Below, in pieces: positions 1-8,905 of a DNA stretch of 64,000 nt. The translations under genes and the position numbers were made by a program. The notes beneath the pieces are model-generated. The model did not search any database. It was not told the origin of the DNA and saw only the letters and a program-made list of their open reading frames with translations. The DNA comes from Dehalococcoidia bacterium (lineage in GTDB: Bacteria > Chloroflexota > Dehalococcoidia > Bin125), in the NCBI GenBank assembly GCA_965263065.1, contig CBDHGH010000003.1, positions 2,565,592 to 2,629,591 on the forward strand. The letters run 5' to 3'. The first letter of the stretch is position 1. Every line of letters starts with the position of its first letter.

Positions 1-61
1 GCGGCGCGGGAGTTGTGACCCGGCGCCGCCCCGCCGTGGGCCTGTCGGAGAGGGATAGCCA

Positions 62-397
62 ATGACCGAGCCCAATCTGCAGCGCAACGCCGACACCCGC
101 CAGGTGGAGATGCTGCCCGGCATCACCCGCCGGACGCTGAATCACGGCGACCGCACCTCCATCCATGAGATCCGCATCGCCAAGGACGCGGTCGTGCCCA
201 ACCACAGCCACCCGCACGAGCAGACCGGCTACCTCGTCTCCGGGCGCGTCCTCTTCGAGATGCCCGGCACGACCCGGGAGCTCGGCCCCGGCGACTCCTG
301 GCTCGTCCCCGGCGACGTCGACCACCAGGTGACGGCGCTGGAGGAATCGATCGCGATCGACATCTTCTCCCCCGTGCGCGAGGACTACCTCGACTGA
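62..397 (+). CDS. cupin domain protein
   Basis: 111 aa; beta-barrel cupin-like motif (HSHPHEQTGYLVSG...PGD..HQV); ORF from supplied track. Confidence 0.55.
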   Translation: MTEPNLQRNADTRQVEMLPGITRRTLNHGDRTSIHEIRIAKDAVVPNHSHPHEQTGYLVSGRVLFEMPGTTRELGPGDSWLVPGDVDHQVTALEESIAIDIFSPVREDYLD

Positions 398-442
398 CCC
401 GCCCGGCACGACGCCGGCGCAGCGGAAGGCTCTGCGACCCCG

Positions 443-1762
443 ATGATCCCGCGCTACTCCCGCCCCGCCATGGCCGCGCTCTGGACAGACCAGGCCAAGT
501 ACGAGCGCTGGCTGCAGGTCGAGATCGCCGCCGTGCAAGCCTGGGCCGCCGAGGGCGTCGTGCCGCAGGCCGCCGCCGACGCCGTCGCGGCCGACGCATC
601 ATTCGTGCTGGAGGACCTCGACCGCTACCAGGCGGAGACCCACCACGACGTGACCGCCTTCCTGCGCTCCGTCTCCGACTCCCTGGGCGACGAGGGACGC
701 TGGGTGCACCTCGGCCTGACCTCATCCGATGTCTGGGACACGGCGACGTCGCTGCAACTGCGCGATGCGGCGGCGCTGTTGCAGACGGAACTGGCGCGGC
801 TCGAGGCGGTCCTGGTCGCCAAGGCGCAGGAGCACAAGCGCACGCTGATGGTGGGCCGCACGCACGGCATCCACGCCGAGCCGATGACCTTCGGGCTAGT
901 GCTCGCCCTCTGGGCCGATGAGGTGCGGCGGGGCCGCGCCCGCCTGACGGCCGCCACCGCCTCAATCGCGGTGGGCAAGATCAGCGGCGCCGTCGGGACG
1001 CACGCCACGGTCCCGCCCTCGGCCGAGGAGCGCATCTGCGCGGGACTCGGCCTGGGCGTCGCGCCGGTGTCCAATCAGATCCTCCAGCGCGACCGGCACG
1101 CGGAGTTCGTCTCGACCCTGGCGCTGATCGCGGCCTCGCTGGAGAAGTTCGCGGTGCAGATCCGCCACATGCAGCGCACCGAACTGCGCGAGGCCGAGGA
1201 GCCCTTCCTGCCCGGCCAGACCGGTTCCTCGGCGATGCCGCACAAGCGCAACCCCGAGAAGTGCGAGCGCATCAGCGGCCTGGCCCGCGTGATCCGCGGC
1301 TACGCCACGACCGCGCTGGAGAACGTCGCGCTCTGGCACGAGCGCGACATCTCGCACTCGTCGACGGAGCGCATCATCTTCCCCGACGCCTGCATCCTGC
1401 TCGACTACATGCTCGACATGTTCAGCTGGATCATGGAGAACCTGGTCGTCTACCCGGAGCACATGCGCGAGAACATGGAGCGCTCCTACGGGCTCGTCTT
1501 CTCGCAGCGCGTGCTGCTGGCGCTCGTCGAGCGCGGCATGCCCCGCGAGGCCGCCTACAAGCTCGTGCAGGCCCACGCGATGACCGCCTGGAACGAGCGA
1601 CGCCCCTTCTTCGACCTGCTCGCCGGCGACGCCGCCGTGCTGGCCGCGCTGCGCCCGGCCGATGGATCGGCGGCGGATCCGGTCGAGTCGCTGCGGGAGC
1701 TATTCGACCCCACGTACTACCTGCGCCATCTGGACGCCAGTTTCGGGCGTCTGGGCATCTGA
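443..1762 (+). CDS. purB: adenylosuccinate lyase
   Basis: 439 aa; N-terminal MIPRYSRP..ALW and fumarate-lyase signature GSSAMPHKRNP. Confidence 0.9.
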   Translation: MIPRYSRPAMAALWTDQAKYERWLQVEIAAVQAWAAEGVVPQAAADAVAADASFVLEDLDRYQAETHHDVTAFLRSVSDSLGDEGRWVHLGLTSSDVWDTATSLQLRDAAALLQTELARLEAVLVAKAQEHKRTLMVGRTHGIHAEPMTFGLVLALWADEVRRGRARLTAATASIAVGKISGAVGTHATVPPSAEERICAGLGLGVAPVSNQILQRDRHAEFVSTLALIAASLEKFAVQIRHMQRTELREAEEPFLPGQTGSSAMPHKRNPEKCERISGLARVIRGYATTALENVALWHERDISHSSTERIIFPDACILLDYMLDMFSWIMENLVVYPEHMRENMERSYGLVFSQRVLLALVERGMPREAAYKLVQAHAMTAWNERRPFFDLLAGDAAVLAALRPADGSAADPVESLRELFDPTYYLRHLDASFGRLGI

Positions 1763-1799
1763 ACGGCCCCGCCCCGGGGCGAATCGACGGGAGAGCACC

Positions 1800-2729
1800 A
1801 TGACCACGGGAACGAGCGACGTGCTGCTGCACACGGACCTGGACCTGCCCAAGTTCCAGGGCAAAGTCCGCGATGTCTACGACCTGGGCGACCGCCTCCT
1901 CATCGTGGCGACGGACCGCGTCTCGGCGTTCGACGTCGTGCTGCCCAACGGCATCCCCGACAAGGGGCGCGTGCTCACGCAGATGTCGGCCTACTGGTTC
2001 GAGAACACCCGAAGCGTCGTGCCGAACCACATGATCCGCGTCATCGATTCCACCCACAACCCGGACCTGCCCGTCGCGCTCGGCCCGGACTTCATCGGCC
2101 GCACGATGCTGGTGCGCAAGACGGTCCCCGTGAAGTTGGAGTCCATCATCCGGGGCTACCTGTCGGGCAGCGGCTGGAAGGACTACCAGGCGAGCGGCAA
2201 GGTCTGCGGCATCCGTCTGCCGGCCGGCCTGCGCGAGTCCGACGCCCTCCCCGCCGCGATCTTCACGCCCTCCACCAAGGCCGACGAGGGCCACGACGAG
2301 AACATCTCCTACGAGCAAGCGGTCGAGATCGTCGGCGAGGAGGTCGCCAACACGGTCAAGGTGCGCTCCATGTCGCTCTACATGTACGGCCTCGAGCGGG
2401 CCCGGCAGCAGGGCTTCATCATCGCCGACACCAAGTTCGAGTTCGGCCTGCTGCGCAACGACCAGGGCGAGGAGGAAGCGATCCTGATCGACGAAGCGCT
2501 GACCCCCGACTCCTCGCGCTTCTGGGATGTGGCGGTCTACCAGCCCGGCCGCCCCCAGCCGTCGTTCGACAAGCAGCCCCTGCGCGACTGGCTGGAGTCG
2601 ACCGGCTGGGACAAGACTCCGCCCGCCCCCGCCATGCCTCCGGCGGTCGTCGCGCTGCTCCAGGAGCGCTATGCACGGGGCTTCAAGCGCCTCACGGGGC
2701 TCCAGCTCCTCCGTCCGGGGGCCGGCTGA
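1800..2729 (+). CDS. purC: phosphoribosylaminoimidazole-succinocarboxamide synthase (SAICAR synthetase)
   Basis: Start placed at internal ATG 1800 with GGGAGAG RBS; sequence LGDRLLIVATDRVSAFDVVL typical of PurC; the track ORF 1662.. is an N-terminal over-extension. Confidence 0.88.
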   Translation: MTTGTSDVLLHTDLDLPKFQGKVRDVYDLGDRLLIVATDRVSAFDVVLPNGIPDKGRVLTQMSAYWFENTRSVVPNHMIRVIDSTHNPDLPVALGPDFIGRTMLVRKTVPVKLESIIRGYLSGSGWKDYQASGKVCGIRLPAGLRESDALPAAIFTPSTKADEGHDENISYEQAVEIVGEEVANTVKVRSMSLYMYGLERARQQGFIIADTKFEFGLLRNDQGEEEAILIDEALTPDSSRFWDVAVYQPGRPQPSFDKQPLRDWLESTGWDKTPPAPAMPPAVVALLQERYARGFKRLTGLQLLRPGAG

Positions 2730-2730
2730 C

Positions 2731-2991
2731 GTGCCCCGCTACAAGGCCGAGATCCACGTCACGCTCAAGCGCACCGTCAACGACCCCCAGGGCCTGACGA
2801 TCAAGGGCGGCCTCCACTCGCTGGGTTACGCCGGCGTCGACGCCGTCCGCGCCGGCAAGTACATCGAGGTCTGGCTGGACGCCCCCGACGCGGCCGCCGC
2901 CGCGTCCCAGGTCGATGCGATGTGCGACCAACTCCTCGCCAACCCCGTCATCGAGGACTACCGCTTCGACGTGTCGGACGCCGCGATCTAG
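2731..2991 (+). CDS. purS: phosphoribosylformylglycinamidine synthase subunit PurS
   Basis: About 86 aa from a GTG immediately after the purC stop; sequence PRYKAEIHVTLKRTVNDPQG...VIEDYRF typical of PurS. Confidence 0.8.
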   Translation: MPRYKAEIHVTLKRTVNDPQGLTIKGGLHSLGYAGVDAVRAGKYIEVWLDAPDAAAAASQVDAMCDQLLANPVIEDYRFDVSDAAI

Positions 2992-3058
2992 CCACCGAGT
3001 CCATACTCCGCTATACTGACATCGAGACCCGCGAGTCGCGGTCTGACGGCCCCGGCAG

Positions 3059-3182
3059 CACGTGCACACTCGTGCACACTCGTGCACACAGGTGCACACT
3101 CATGCACACTCCTGACCCGCTATGCACCCCAATGACCCGCTCTGACCACCCATGAAACACCAAGAACGCCAATGATCACGGG
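3059..3182. repeat. Array of about 12 tandem 10-bp units (TGCACACTCG x2, TGCACACAGG, TGCACACTCA, TGCACACTCC, then decaying units TGACCCGCTA, TGCACCCCAA ...); inverted copy at 35371-35440
   Basis: Read directly from the sequence; 10-bp periodicity; lies between the convergent purS and hisB genes. Confidence 0.8.
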
Positions 3183-3280
3183 CGATCGCATCTTCCAGAC
3201 CGTCCCGGCGCGGGCAAAACACGCGCAGGCGTGCACGTGGCCCCAGATCGGTCCAATCCCAGCGCCGGAAAGGGCCGCCT

Positions 3281-3874
3281 CTAGGCCGACAACGTCCCCT
3301 TCGTGCTCGGCACGACCCCCCCTGCCTCGACCACCACCACCGCGTCGCGCAGGGCCCGGGCCGTCGCCTTGAAGGCCGCCTCCATGATGTGGTGGTCGTT
3401 CTCCCCGGCCAGCTGGCGCAGGTGCAAGGCGAAGCGCCCCTCCTGCGCGAACGACTCGAAGAAGTGCGACACCAGGGCCGTCGGCAACTCGCCCGCCATG
3501 TCGGCGCTGAAGCGCAGCCCGATGTCGGTGTATGGCCGGCCACTCAGGTCCAGCGCGGCGTGCACCAGCGCCTCGTCGAGCGGGACGCTGCGGTCCGCCA
3601 TCCGCGCGATGCCCGCCCGGTCGCCCAGCGCCTCGTTGAGCGCCTTGCCCAGCGCCAGCCCGATGTCCTCGACGGTGTGGTGGGCGTCGACGTGCAGGTC
3701 GCCGTCGGCGTGCACCGTCAGGTCAAAGCCGCCGTGCCGGGCCAGCTGCTCGATCATGTGGTCGAGCATGCCGATGCCGGTGGCGACATCGACACTGCCG
3801 CCCCCCTCCAGCCGCAGGACGACCTCGATCTTGGTTTCTTTGGTCTCGCGCCGGACCGAGGCTTCTCGCGTCAT
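3281..3874 (-). CDS. hisB: imidazoleglycerol-phosphate dehydratase
   Basis: Start at MTREASVRRETKETKIEV; sequence DHHIMEAAFKATARAL typical of IGPD; track ORF trimmed by 10 codons. Confidence 0.9.
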   Translation of the reverse strand: MTREASVRRETKETKIEVVLRLEGGGSVDVATGIGMLDHMIEQLARHGGFDLTVHADGDLHVDAHHTVEDIGLALGKALNEALGDRAGIARMADRSVPLDEALVHAALDLSGRPYTDIGLRFSADMAGELPTALVSHFFESFAQEGRFALHLRQLAGENDHHIMEAAFKATARALRDAVVVVEAGGVVPSTKGTLSA

Positions 3875-3928
3875 GGCTGGCTCCCGTTCCCCGACCAACT
3901 CCATCGTGGCAAGCGCGGGCGCGTGGCG

Positions 3929-5047
3929 CTAGGCGAGGCCCAGGGCCGCGCCCGCCTCGCGCAGATGCGTCATCAGGGCGTCGTGCTGGTCGGGCCGGGG
4001 GCACGAGATGCGAACGCAGTCGCGCAGCCGCGGCGTGCCGAAGTAGCGCACGAAGACCCCCCGCGCCGCCAGCGCCGCCTGCAGGCCGGCCCCCGCATCG
4101 GGCGCCCCCCCGCCGACCGCGCAGAGCAGGAAGTTCGCCGACGACGGATACGGCGTCAGCCAGCCCAGGGCGTCGATGTCGCGGGCCAGCGACTCCCGCT
4201 CCTCCACCACTTGGGCAGCCTGCGCCAGCAACTCCTCCTGTGCGTCGATCGCCGCGCGCATGGCGACGTCGGCGGCGAGGTTGACGTTGTAGGGCTGCTT
4301 GATGCGCAGCAGCGCGGCGGCCAAGTCGGCGTGGAACACCCCATAGCCCGCCCGCAGCCCGGCCAGGCCGGCCCACTTGCTGAACGTCCGGAAGACGATC
4401 AGGCGCGGGTGGTCGCCGAAGCGGTCCAGCGCCGACGCCCCCGCGTACTCGCCGTAGGCCTCGTCGACGGCGATGGTCGGGCCGCTGTCCAGCAGGGCCG
4501 CCAACTCGTCGTCGCCGAGCGGCGTGCCGCTGGGATTGTTGGGCGAGGCCAGGATGACCAGCGCCGTCTCGGGCCTGATCGCGGCCAGCACCGCCTCCAG
4601 GTCGATGCGGAAATCGGGCCGCCGCTCGACCTCGTCCAGCGGGACCGCGGCGACATCGCACAGGAAGCGATACATGCCGAAGGTCGGCGGACAGCTCAGG
4701 ACGCGTTGCCCCGGGCCGGCCAGCGCCCGCACCGTGAGCTCGATCAGCTCGTCCGACCCGGCCCCCCCGACCACCCGCTCCGGCGTCACGCCGGCGTAGC
4801 CGGCCAGCGCCGCCCGCAGGTCGAGTTGCAGCGGGTCGGGGTAAACGGACCAGCCGTCGAAGGCGGCGATGGCGCGTTGCACGGCCGCGCTCGTGCCGAA
4901 CGGGTTCTCGTTGGCGTCGAGCTTGAGCACGTCGGCCGGGTCGACCCCGGCCCGCGCCGCCATCTGATCGACGGGCGTGACGGGCTCGTAGCCGGGCAGG
5001 GCGGCCAAGTGCGGCTGCACGCGCGGTGGGTCGGATCGGCCGAACAT
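3929..5047 (-). CDS. hisC: histidinol-phosphate aminotransferase
   Basis: 372 aa; sequence LKLDANENPFG and a PLP-aminotransferase class I/II fold. Confidence 0.85.
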   Translation of the reverse strand: MFGRSDPPRVQPHLAALPGYEPVTPVDQMAARAGVDPADVLKLDANENPFGTSAAVQRAIAAFDGWSVYPDPLQLDLRAALAGYAGVTPERVVGGAGSDELIELTVRALAGPGQRVLSCPPTFGMYRFLCDVAAVPLDEVERRPDFRIDLEAVLAAIRPETALVILASPNNPSGTPLGDDELAALLDSGPTIAVDEAYGEYAGASALDRFGDHPRLIVFRTFSKWAGLAGLRAGYGVFHADLAAALLRIKQPYNVNLAADVAMRAAIDAQEELLAQAAQVVEERESLARDIDALGWLTPYPSSANFLLCAVGGGAPDAGAGLQAALAARGVFVRYFGTPRLRDCVRISCPRPDQHDALMTHLREAGAALGLA

Positions 5048-5119
5048 GGGCTCATGGTGGCACGCGTCCGGGCGGCGTGGAAATCGCCCCGCTGGCGCTC
5101 GCGACGGTCTGGCCGCGCC

Positions 5120-6496
5120 TCAGCGGTCGCTGCGACGCACTTCCAGGGAGCGCGCATGGGCCTGGAGCCCCTCCGCGTGGGCGATCGTGATCGCGTCCTC
5201 GGCGACGCGCTGCAGCAGGTCGTCGCCGGCGCGGAGCACGCTCGTGACCTTGCGGAAGGCATCGACGTGCAGCGGCGACGCGTAGCGGGCGCTCCCCCCC
5301 GTCGGCATGACGTGGGACGGCCCGGCGATGTAGTCGGCCAGCGCCTCCGGGGAGCCCTCCCCGACGAACAGCCCCCCCGCGTTGCGCACCTGGTCCACCG
5401 CCGCCCGCTCGTCGGCCACGATGAGCGCCATGTGCTCCGGCGCGTACTCATTGGCCAGCGCGATCGCGACCGCCAGATCCTCGGCCAGGATGATGCCCCC
5501 CCGATTCTCGAACGCCCGCAGCGCAATCGCGCCGCGGGGCAAGGTGGCGGCCTGCCGCGGCACGATGGCCGCCACCGCGCGGGCGACGCGCTCGCTCGAC
5601 GTGATCAGGATCGGCGCGGCGATGGTGTCGTGCTCGGCCTGGGCGAGCAGGTCGGCGGCGCAGAGTTCCGGGTTGGCGGAGTCGTCCGTCACGACGACGG
5701 TCTCCGTCGGACCGTAGAGCGCGTCGATCCCGACGTCGCCGTAGACCATGCGCTTGGCCAGCGTCACGAAGCGATTGCCAGGCCCGAAGATCTTGTCGAC
5801 GGCGGACACCGACTCGGTGCCGTAGGCGAGCGCCGCGATCGCCTGCGCCCCCCCGACCTTGTAGACGGTGGTCACGCCCGCGATCTCGGCGGCGACCAGC
5901 TTGATCGGGGCGACGGCGCCGCCTGCCTCGTCATCGCCCGGCCCCCCTGCCCCCGGCGACACCGGACTGACGATGCAGACATCCTCCACGCCGGCCACGA
6001 GGGCGGGGATCGCCGTGTGCAGCACGGAACTGGGGTACACCACCGCCGTGCCGGGCACGTACAGCCCCACCCGTGCGATCGGCCGCACGATCTGGCCCAG
6101 GCCGTCGTGCTCGAAGGACTGCATCGCGTGTGCGAGCTGGCGCTGGTGGTAGTCGCGCACCCGCTCCGCGGCGGCCTGCAGCGCGCCGATCAGCCCGTCG
6201 TCGACCGCGGCGCGGGCGGCGGCGAACTCCGCCTCGCTCACGCGGATCGGGTCCGGCGCGAAACCGTCCAGCGCGGCGGAGATGCGTCGCAGCGCGCGGT
6301 CGCCGTCGCGGCGGACCTCGTCGATGATCCGGCGCACGGCGGCGTCCGCGGTCGTCACATCCGCGCCCGGGTAGAGCGTCGCGATCAGGTCGCGTTCGGC
6401 GTCGCTGAGCGCCCCCGCATCGACCACGCGCTTGCGGAAGATCGTGGCCCGCGCCGCAGCCGCGCCACGCACGACGGGCAGCGGCGGCGGCGGCAT
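5120..6496 (-). CDS. hisD: histidinol dehydrogenase
   Basis: Start trimmed to MPPPPLPVV (459 codons); HisD-like throughout (QAEHD, GPSHVMPTGG). Confidence 0.88.
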   Translation of the reverse strand: MPPPPLPVVRGAAAARATIFRKRVVDAGALSDAERDLIATLYPGADVTTADAAVRRIIDEVRRDGDRALRRISAALDGFAPDPIRVSEAEFAAARAAVDDGLIGALQAAAERVRDYHQRQLAHAMQSFEHDGLGQIVRPIARVGLYVPGTAVVYPSSVLHTAIPALVAGVEDVCIVSPVSPGAGGPGDDEAGGAVAPIKLVAAEIAGVTTVYKVGGAQAIAALAYGTESVSAVDKIFGPGNRFVTLAKRMVYGDVGIDALYGPTETVVVTDDSANPELCAADLLAQAEHDTIAAPILITSSERVARAVAAIVPRQAATLPRGAIALRAFENRGGIILAEDLAVAIALANEYAPEHMALIVADERAAVDQVRNAGGLFVGEGSPEALADYIAGPSHVMPTGGSARYASPLHVDAFRKVTSVLRAGDDLLQRVAEDAITIAHAEGLQAHARSLEVRRSDR

Positions 6497-6522
6497 CCCG
6501 GCGTTGGCGGCGCTCGCGGCGC

Positions 6523-7317
6523 TCACCCGAGGTACTCCCGCAGAGCCGCGACGGTCCGCTGCTGCGACAGCTCGAAGAAGGCCTCCACCTTGGCCGCGCC
6601 GACACTGCGCAGCGTCTCCTCCAGCAATTCGGGGATCTGCTCCACGAACGCACGGTACTCGGCGTCGGAGCCGACGCCCGCGTCCCGCAAGTGCCGGGAA
6701 GCGACCACGCTGAAGCGCTCCCAGTCCGGCGCGTGCTCCGTGAGACCGGCGGAGACATCGCGCCACCGCTCCAGCGTCGCACGGTCAAGGAAGCCGCAAT
6801 CGACGTCGAGGGCGCAGCCGTACAGCGACTGCCGCAGCCCATCCATCGTCTCGGGGCTCTCGCGCTCGCGGCGGTCCATCTCGTACTGCAGGATGCGGTC
6901 CAGCAGGTTGGCGCGCCGCCCCCCACCCAGCGCGGATCGGCGGCCGAAATGAGGCCGGTAGATCTCCTCGATGTACGTCTCGTCCATCACCAGGTGGGCA
7001 ATGAATCCGCCCGCCCAGGCGCGCGTCTGTGGCGCCAGGGCGCCGGCGTCGCGCAGCCGCGGGTGGGCCGCCAGGAAGCCCCCCACGCTGTCCTGGTGCT
7101 GCTCCTCGCTCAGGTCGAAGAAGTGCGTGCGCTCGCGCTCCCAGCGCGTGATCACGCGGATGTCGGGCGTCGTCGCGCCCAGCGTGAACGCGCCGACTTC
7201 CTCGGAGTTGGCGGACTCCCGCCCGGCCGGCCCCGCGGCCTCGCTGGCGGGGCCGAACAGGCCCGCCTCCTGGGCGGCGCGGCGGGCGGCGAGCATATGC
7301 GAGACCAGCGGCGGCAC
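6523..7317 (-). CDS. hypothetical protein, possibly a metal-dependent hydrolase or Zn-phospholipase-C-like fold; first gene of the his operon
   Basis: 264 aa; motif FIAHLVMDETYIEEIY; no confident family assignment; co-directional with hisD, 26 nt upstream of it. Confidence 0.45.
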   Translation of the reverse strand: MPPLVSHMLAARRAAQEAGLFGPASEAAGPAGRESANSEEVGAFTLGATTPDIRVITRWERERTHFFDLSEEQHQDSVGGFLAAHPRLRDAGALAPQTRAWAGGFIAHLVMDETYIEEIYRPHFGRRSALGGGRRANLLDRILQYEMDRRERESPETMDGLRQSLYGCALDVDCGFLDRATLERWRDVSAGLTEHAPDWERFSVVASRHLRDAGVGSDAEYRAFVEQIPELLEETLRSVGAAKVEAFFELSQQRTVAALREYLG

Positions 7318-7456
7318 GGCGACTCCGATGACCCACTCCCGGGATGTCGGGATGGATGCAGTCTACGAGCAGGCAGTCTATGCGTGGGGGTCTGCCGGGA
7401 GCCGCGCCCGTCTCGGCCGGCCGGGGCCGGCGCGCTCATGCCCGTATACTTGATAA

Positions 7457-8905
7457 ATGCGCAGCCACCGCGACCCCGCACCCCCCGTCGCCGCGCACAG
7501 GCGCCTGCGGACGGCGCTGTGGGGCCTGCTCGCCCTCAGCGGACTGCTGCTGCTGGCCTGCGGCGGCGACAGCGTCGCGCGCGGGGCGGTGCATGTCTCG
7601 GAACTGGACAACGACATCGGCCCGGTGACGGCGGACTTCGTCGACCGCGCGCTGGATCGGGCCGAGGACAACGGCGCGGCCGTCTGGATCCTGGAACTCA
7701 GCACCCCCGGCGGCCAGGTCACCGCCACCGACGACATCACGGAGCGCATCATCGCGGCGCGCGTGCCGGTGGTGGTGTATGTCAGCCCGGCCGGGGCGCG
7801 AGCCGCGTCGGCGGGGACCTTCATCACGATGTCGGGACACGTGGCCGTGATGGCGCCCAGCACCCAGATCGGCGCGGCGACGCCGATCGGCGCGGGCGGA
7901 GAGGAGATCGAGGGGCCGTTGGGCGAGAAGATCATCAACGACGCCGTGGCCGGCATCCAGGGCATCGCCCGCCTGCGCCAGCGCAACGCGGAGTGGGCCG
8001 AGGCCGCCGTGCGCGAGGCCGCCTCCGTGACTGCCGAGGAGGCGGTGGCGCTTGGGGTGGTGGACTTCATCGCCCGCGATCTGAGCGAGTTGATCACGCA
8101 GCTCGACGGCCGAGCCGTTGTGCTGGACGGCTACGTCGACGACGCCGCAGCCGGACCGGAAACGACGATTCGCACGGCCGGCGCCGATGTCGTGCGCTCC
8201 GATATGAACCTGTTCGAGGACATCCTCGACGTGATCGCGGACCCCAACATCGCCTTTCTGCTGCTGACCCTGGGCGGGCTGGCGCTGCTGATCGAGGTCA
8301 TTTCACCGGGACTGGTAGGGCCGGGCGTGGTCGGCGTGATCATGCTGATCTTCGCCTTCTTCAGCCTGGACGTGCTCGACGCGAACGTGGCCGGGATCGT
8401 GCTGGTGCTGCTGGCCTTCGTCCTGATCGGGGTCGAGATCCTGGTGGCGGGGTTCGGGATCTTCGGGATCGGGGGAATCGTGTCTCTGTTCCTGGGCGGC
8501 CTGCTGCTCGTCAGCGACAGCCCTGGGGGCCCAGGCGACGTGTCGATCTGGGTGCTGGTCATCGTGGCGGCGGTGGTCGCGGCGGTCGTCCCGGTGCTCT
8601 GGTTGGTCATCGTGCGCGACCGCAGCAAGGCGCGGAACCTGCCCACCCGGCTGGAAGGGATGGTCGGACGGACCGCCTTCGTGCATCACGCGATCGACCC
8701 CGAAGGTACGGTGAAGGTGGCGGCCGAGCTGTGGAGCGCGCGGGCGCCGGGCGGCCCCATCGCCCAGGGCGTGCAGGTCCGCGTCATAGCGATGGACGGC
8801 CTCACCATGATCGTCGAGCCCCTCGCGGAGGACGTTCCCGGCGAGGCGCCGCCCGGCGGCACACCCCCCTCCTCGCCGCCGCCGCCGGGACCGGCCGATT
8901 CCTAG
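7457..8905 (+). CDS. NfeD-family membrane-bound ClpP-class serine protease
   Basis: 482 aa; N-terminal signal, ClpP-like domain (ILELSTPGG), multi-TM region and a C-terminal OB/NfeD domain. Confidence 0.8.
   Translation: MRSHRDPAPPVAAHRRLRTALWGLLALSGLLLLACGGDSVARGAVHVSELDNDIGPVTADFVDRALDRAEDNGAAVWILELSTPGGQVTATDDITERIIAARVPVVVYVSPAGARAASAGTFITMSGHVAVMAPSTQIGAATPIGAGGEEIEGPLGEKIINDAVAGIQGIARLRQRNAEWAEAAVREAASVTAEEAVALGVVDFIARDLSELITQLDGRAVVLDGYVDDAAAGPETTIRTAGADVVRSDMNLFEDILDVIADPNIAFLLLTLGGLALLIEVISPGLVGPGVVGVIMLIFAFFSLDVLDANVAGIVLVLLAFVLIGVEILVAGFGIFGIGGIVSLFLGGLLLVSDSPGGPGDVSIWVLVIVAAVVAAVVPVLWLVIVRDRSKARNLPTRLEGMVGRTAFVHHAIDPEGTVKVAAELWSARAPGGPIAQGVQVRVIAMDGLTMIVEPLAEDVPGEAPPGGTPPSSPPPPGPADS

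Noticed and set aside
3100-3543. ORFs 3100..3543 (-) and 35262..35501 (+) sharing the peptide LGCIAGQECA.
   Set aside because: Both read through the inverted TGCACAC repeat copies. One is antisense to hisB. The shared peptide is a by-product of the DNA repeat, not a gene family.
3389-6952. Very long ORFs on the strand opposite well-supported genes. Examples: 3389..6952 (+, 1187 aa), 6691..9870 (+), 9809..11479 (+), 15346..17694 (+), 41568..45023 (+), 45057..47936 (-), 123..965 (-).
   Set aside because: High GC content removes stop codons from antisense frames. These ORFs are fully overlapped by genes with clear family signatures on the other strand, and they consist of Arg/Ala/Gly/Pro-rich low-complexity translations.
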